Part shown: positions 15,908 through 16,165 of the stretch, in pieces | How the letters are laid out: each line of letters opens with the position of its first letter | Numbering within the stretch: position 1 is the stretch's first letter | Assembly: GCA_963745235.1 (NCBI GenBank) | Contig: CAVUXE010000014.1 | Span: forward strand, 1-16,165 | Reading direction: 5' to 3' | DNA: 16,165 nt | From: an uncultured Spirochaetota bacterium | GTDB lineage: Bacteria; Spirochaetota; Spirochaetia; SZUA-6; Fen-1364 | Notes under the pieces: generated by a model | The model's input: the letters and a program-made list of their open reading frames with translations, nothing else | The model's database searches: none | What the model was told of the DNA's origin: nothing | Program-made: the position numbers and the translations under genes

Positions 15908-16165
15908 CTAGAACAACCCCAACTGCCCACCTTCAAGAAAGAGGTTGTCGGTGGAAAGCCCGATGAATGGGGCGATGGATTCTACAATAGGACGTACCTG
16001 TTTTTGAATGTAATGCTCGTAATCAGGGGGGCTAGTCATTCTGCTTTCTGGTTGTGGTCCGGCTGTAGTCCATAAGTAGCGAATGAGTCCAGACCTTTCC
16101 TCCGGAGGCAGTAGAGCGGCAGCCCGAACATGTGGAGGGGATGATTTACTGTAATTGTCAATATT
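15908..16165 (-). CDS. polB: DNA polymerase II (family B), C-terminal 85 aa (partial; continues beyond the window)
   Basis: Translation NIDNYSKSSPPHVRAAALL...LIRYLWTTAGPQP....SPPDYEHYIQKQVRPIVESIAPFI...GQLGLF* matches the E. coli PolB tail as recalled (PPHVRAA, KYVWTTNGPEP, DYEHY, QLGLF beta-clamp motif). Confidence 0.9.
   Translation of the reverse strand, partial: NIDNYSKSSPPHVRAAALLPPEERSGLIRYLWTTAGPQPESRMTSPPDYEHYIQKQVRPIVESIAPFIGLSTDNLFLEGGQLGLF

Overview
Mosaic accessory island (likely the edge of an integrative element) next to the 3' end of a housekeeping gene. At the right edge is the C-terminus of DNA polymerase II (polB, minus strand, ends ...GQLGLF, missed by the ORF track). It is followed 51 bp later by a large serine recombinase, split by about 4 frameshifts. 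The island also carries a XerC/D-like tyrosine recombinase with a dif-like 11-6-11 site over its promoter, and a pRiA4b ORF-3 family gene followed by two tandem paralogous ~90-aa genes. Further genes are a BON-like gene lying between two copies of a small basic ORF+terminator unit, and several envelope genes (lipoprotein, beta-barrel, membrane and secreted proteins), all broken. Three complete IS elements can be delimited by their IRs and target duplications: IS1182 family (2153-3875), IS66 family (10998-13363), and an IS5-family element (6492-8643). The IS5-family element is the most unusual: it carries a divergently transcribed DUF6788-like Cys/His protein and a palindromic overlapping promoter pair. 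Removing the IS5 and IS66 elements in silico restores two in-frame genes (216 aa and 166 aa). All family calls are from motif recognition by eye; no database searches were run.
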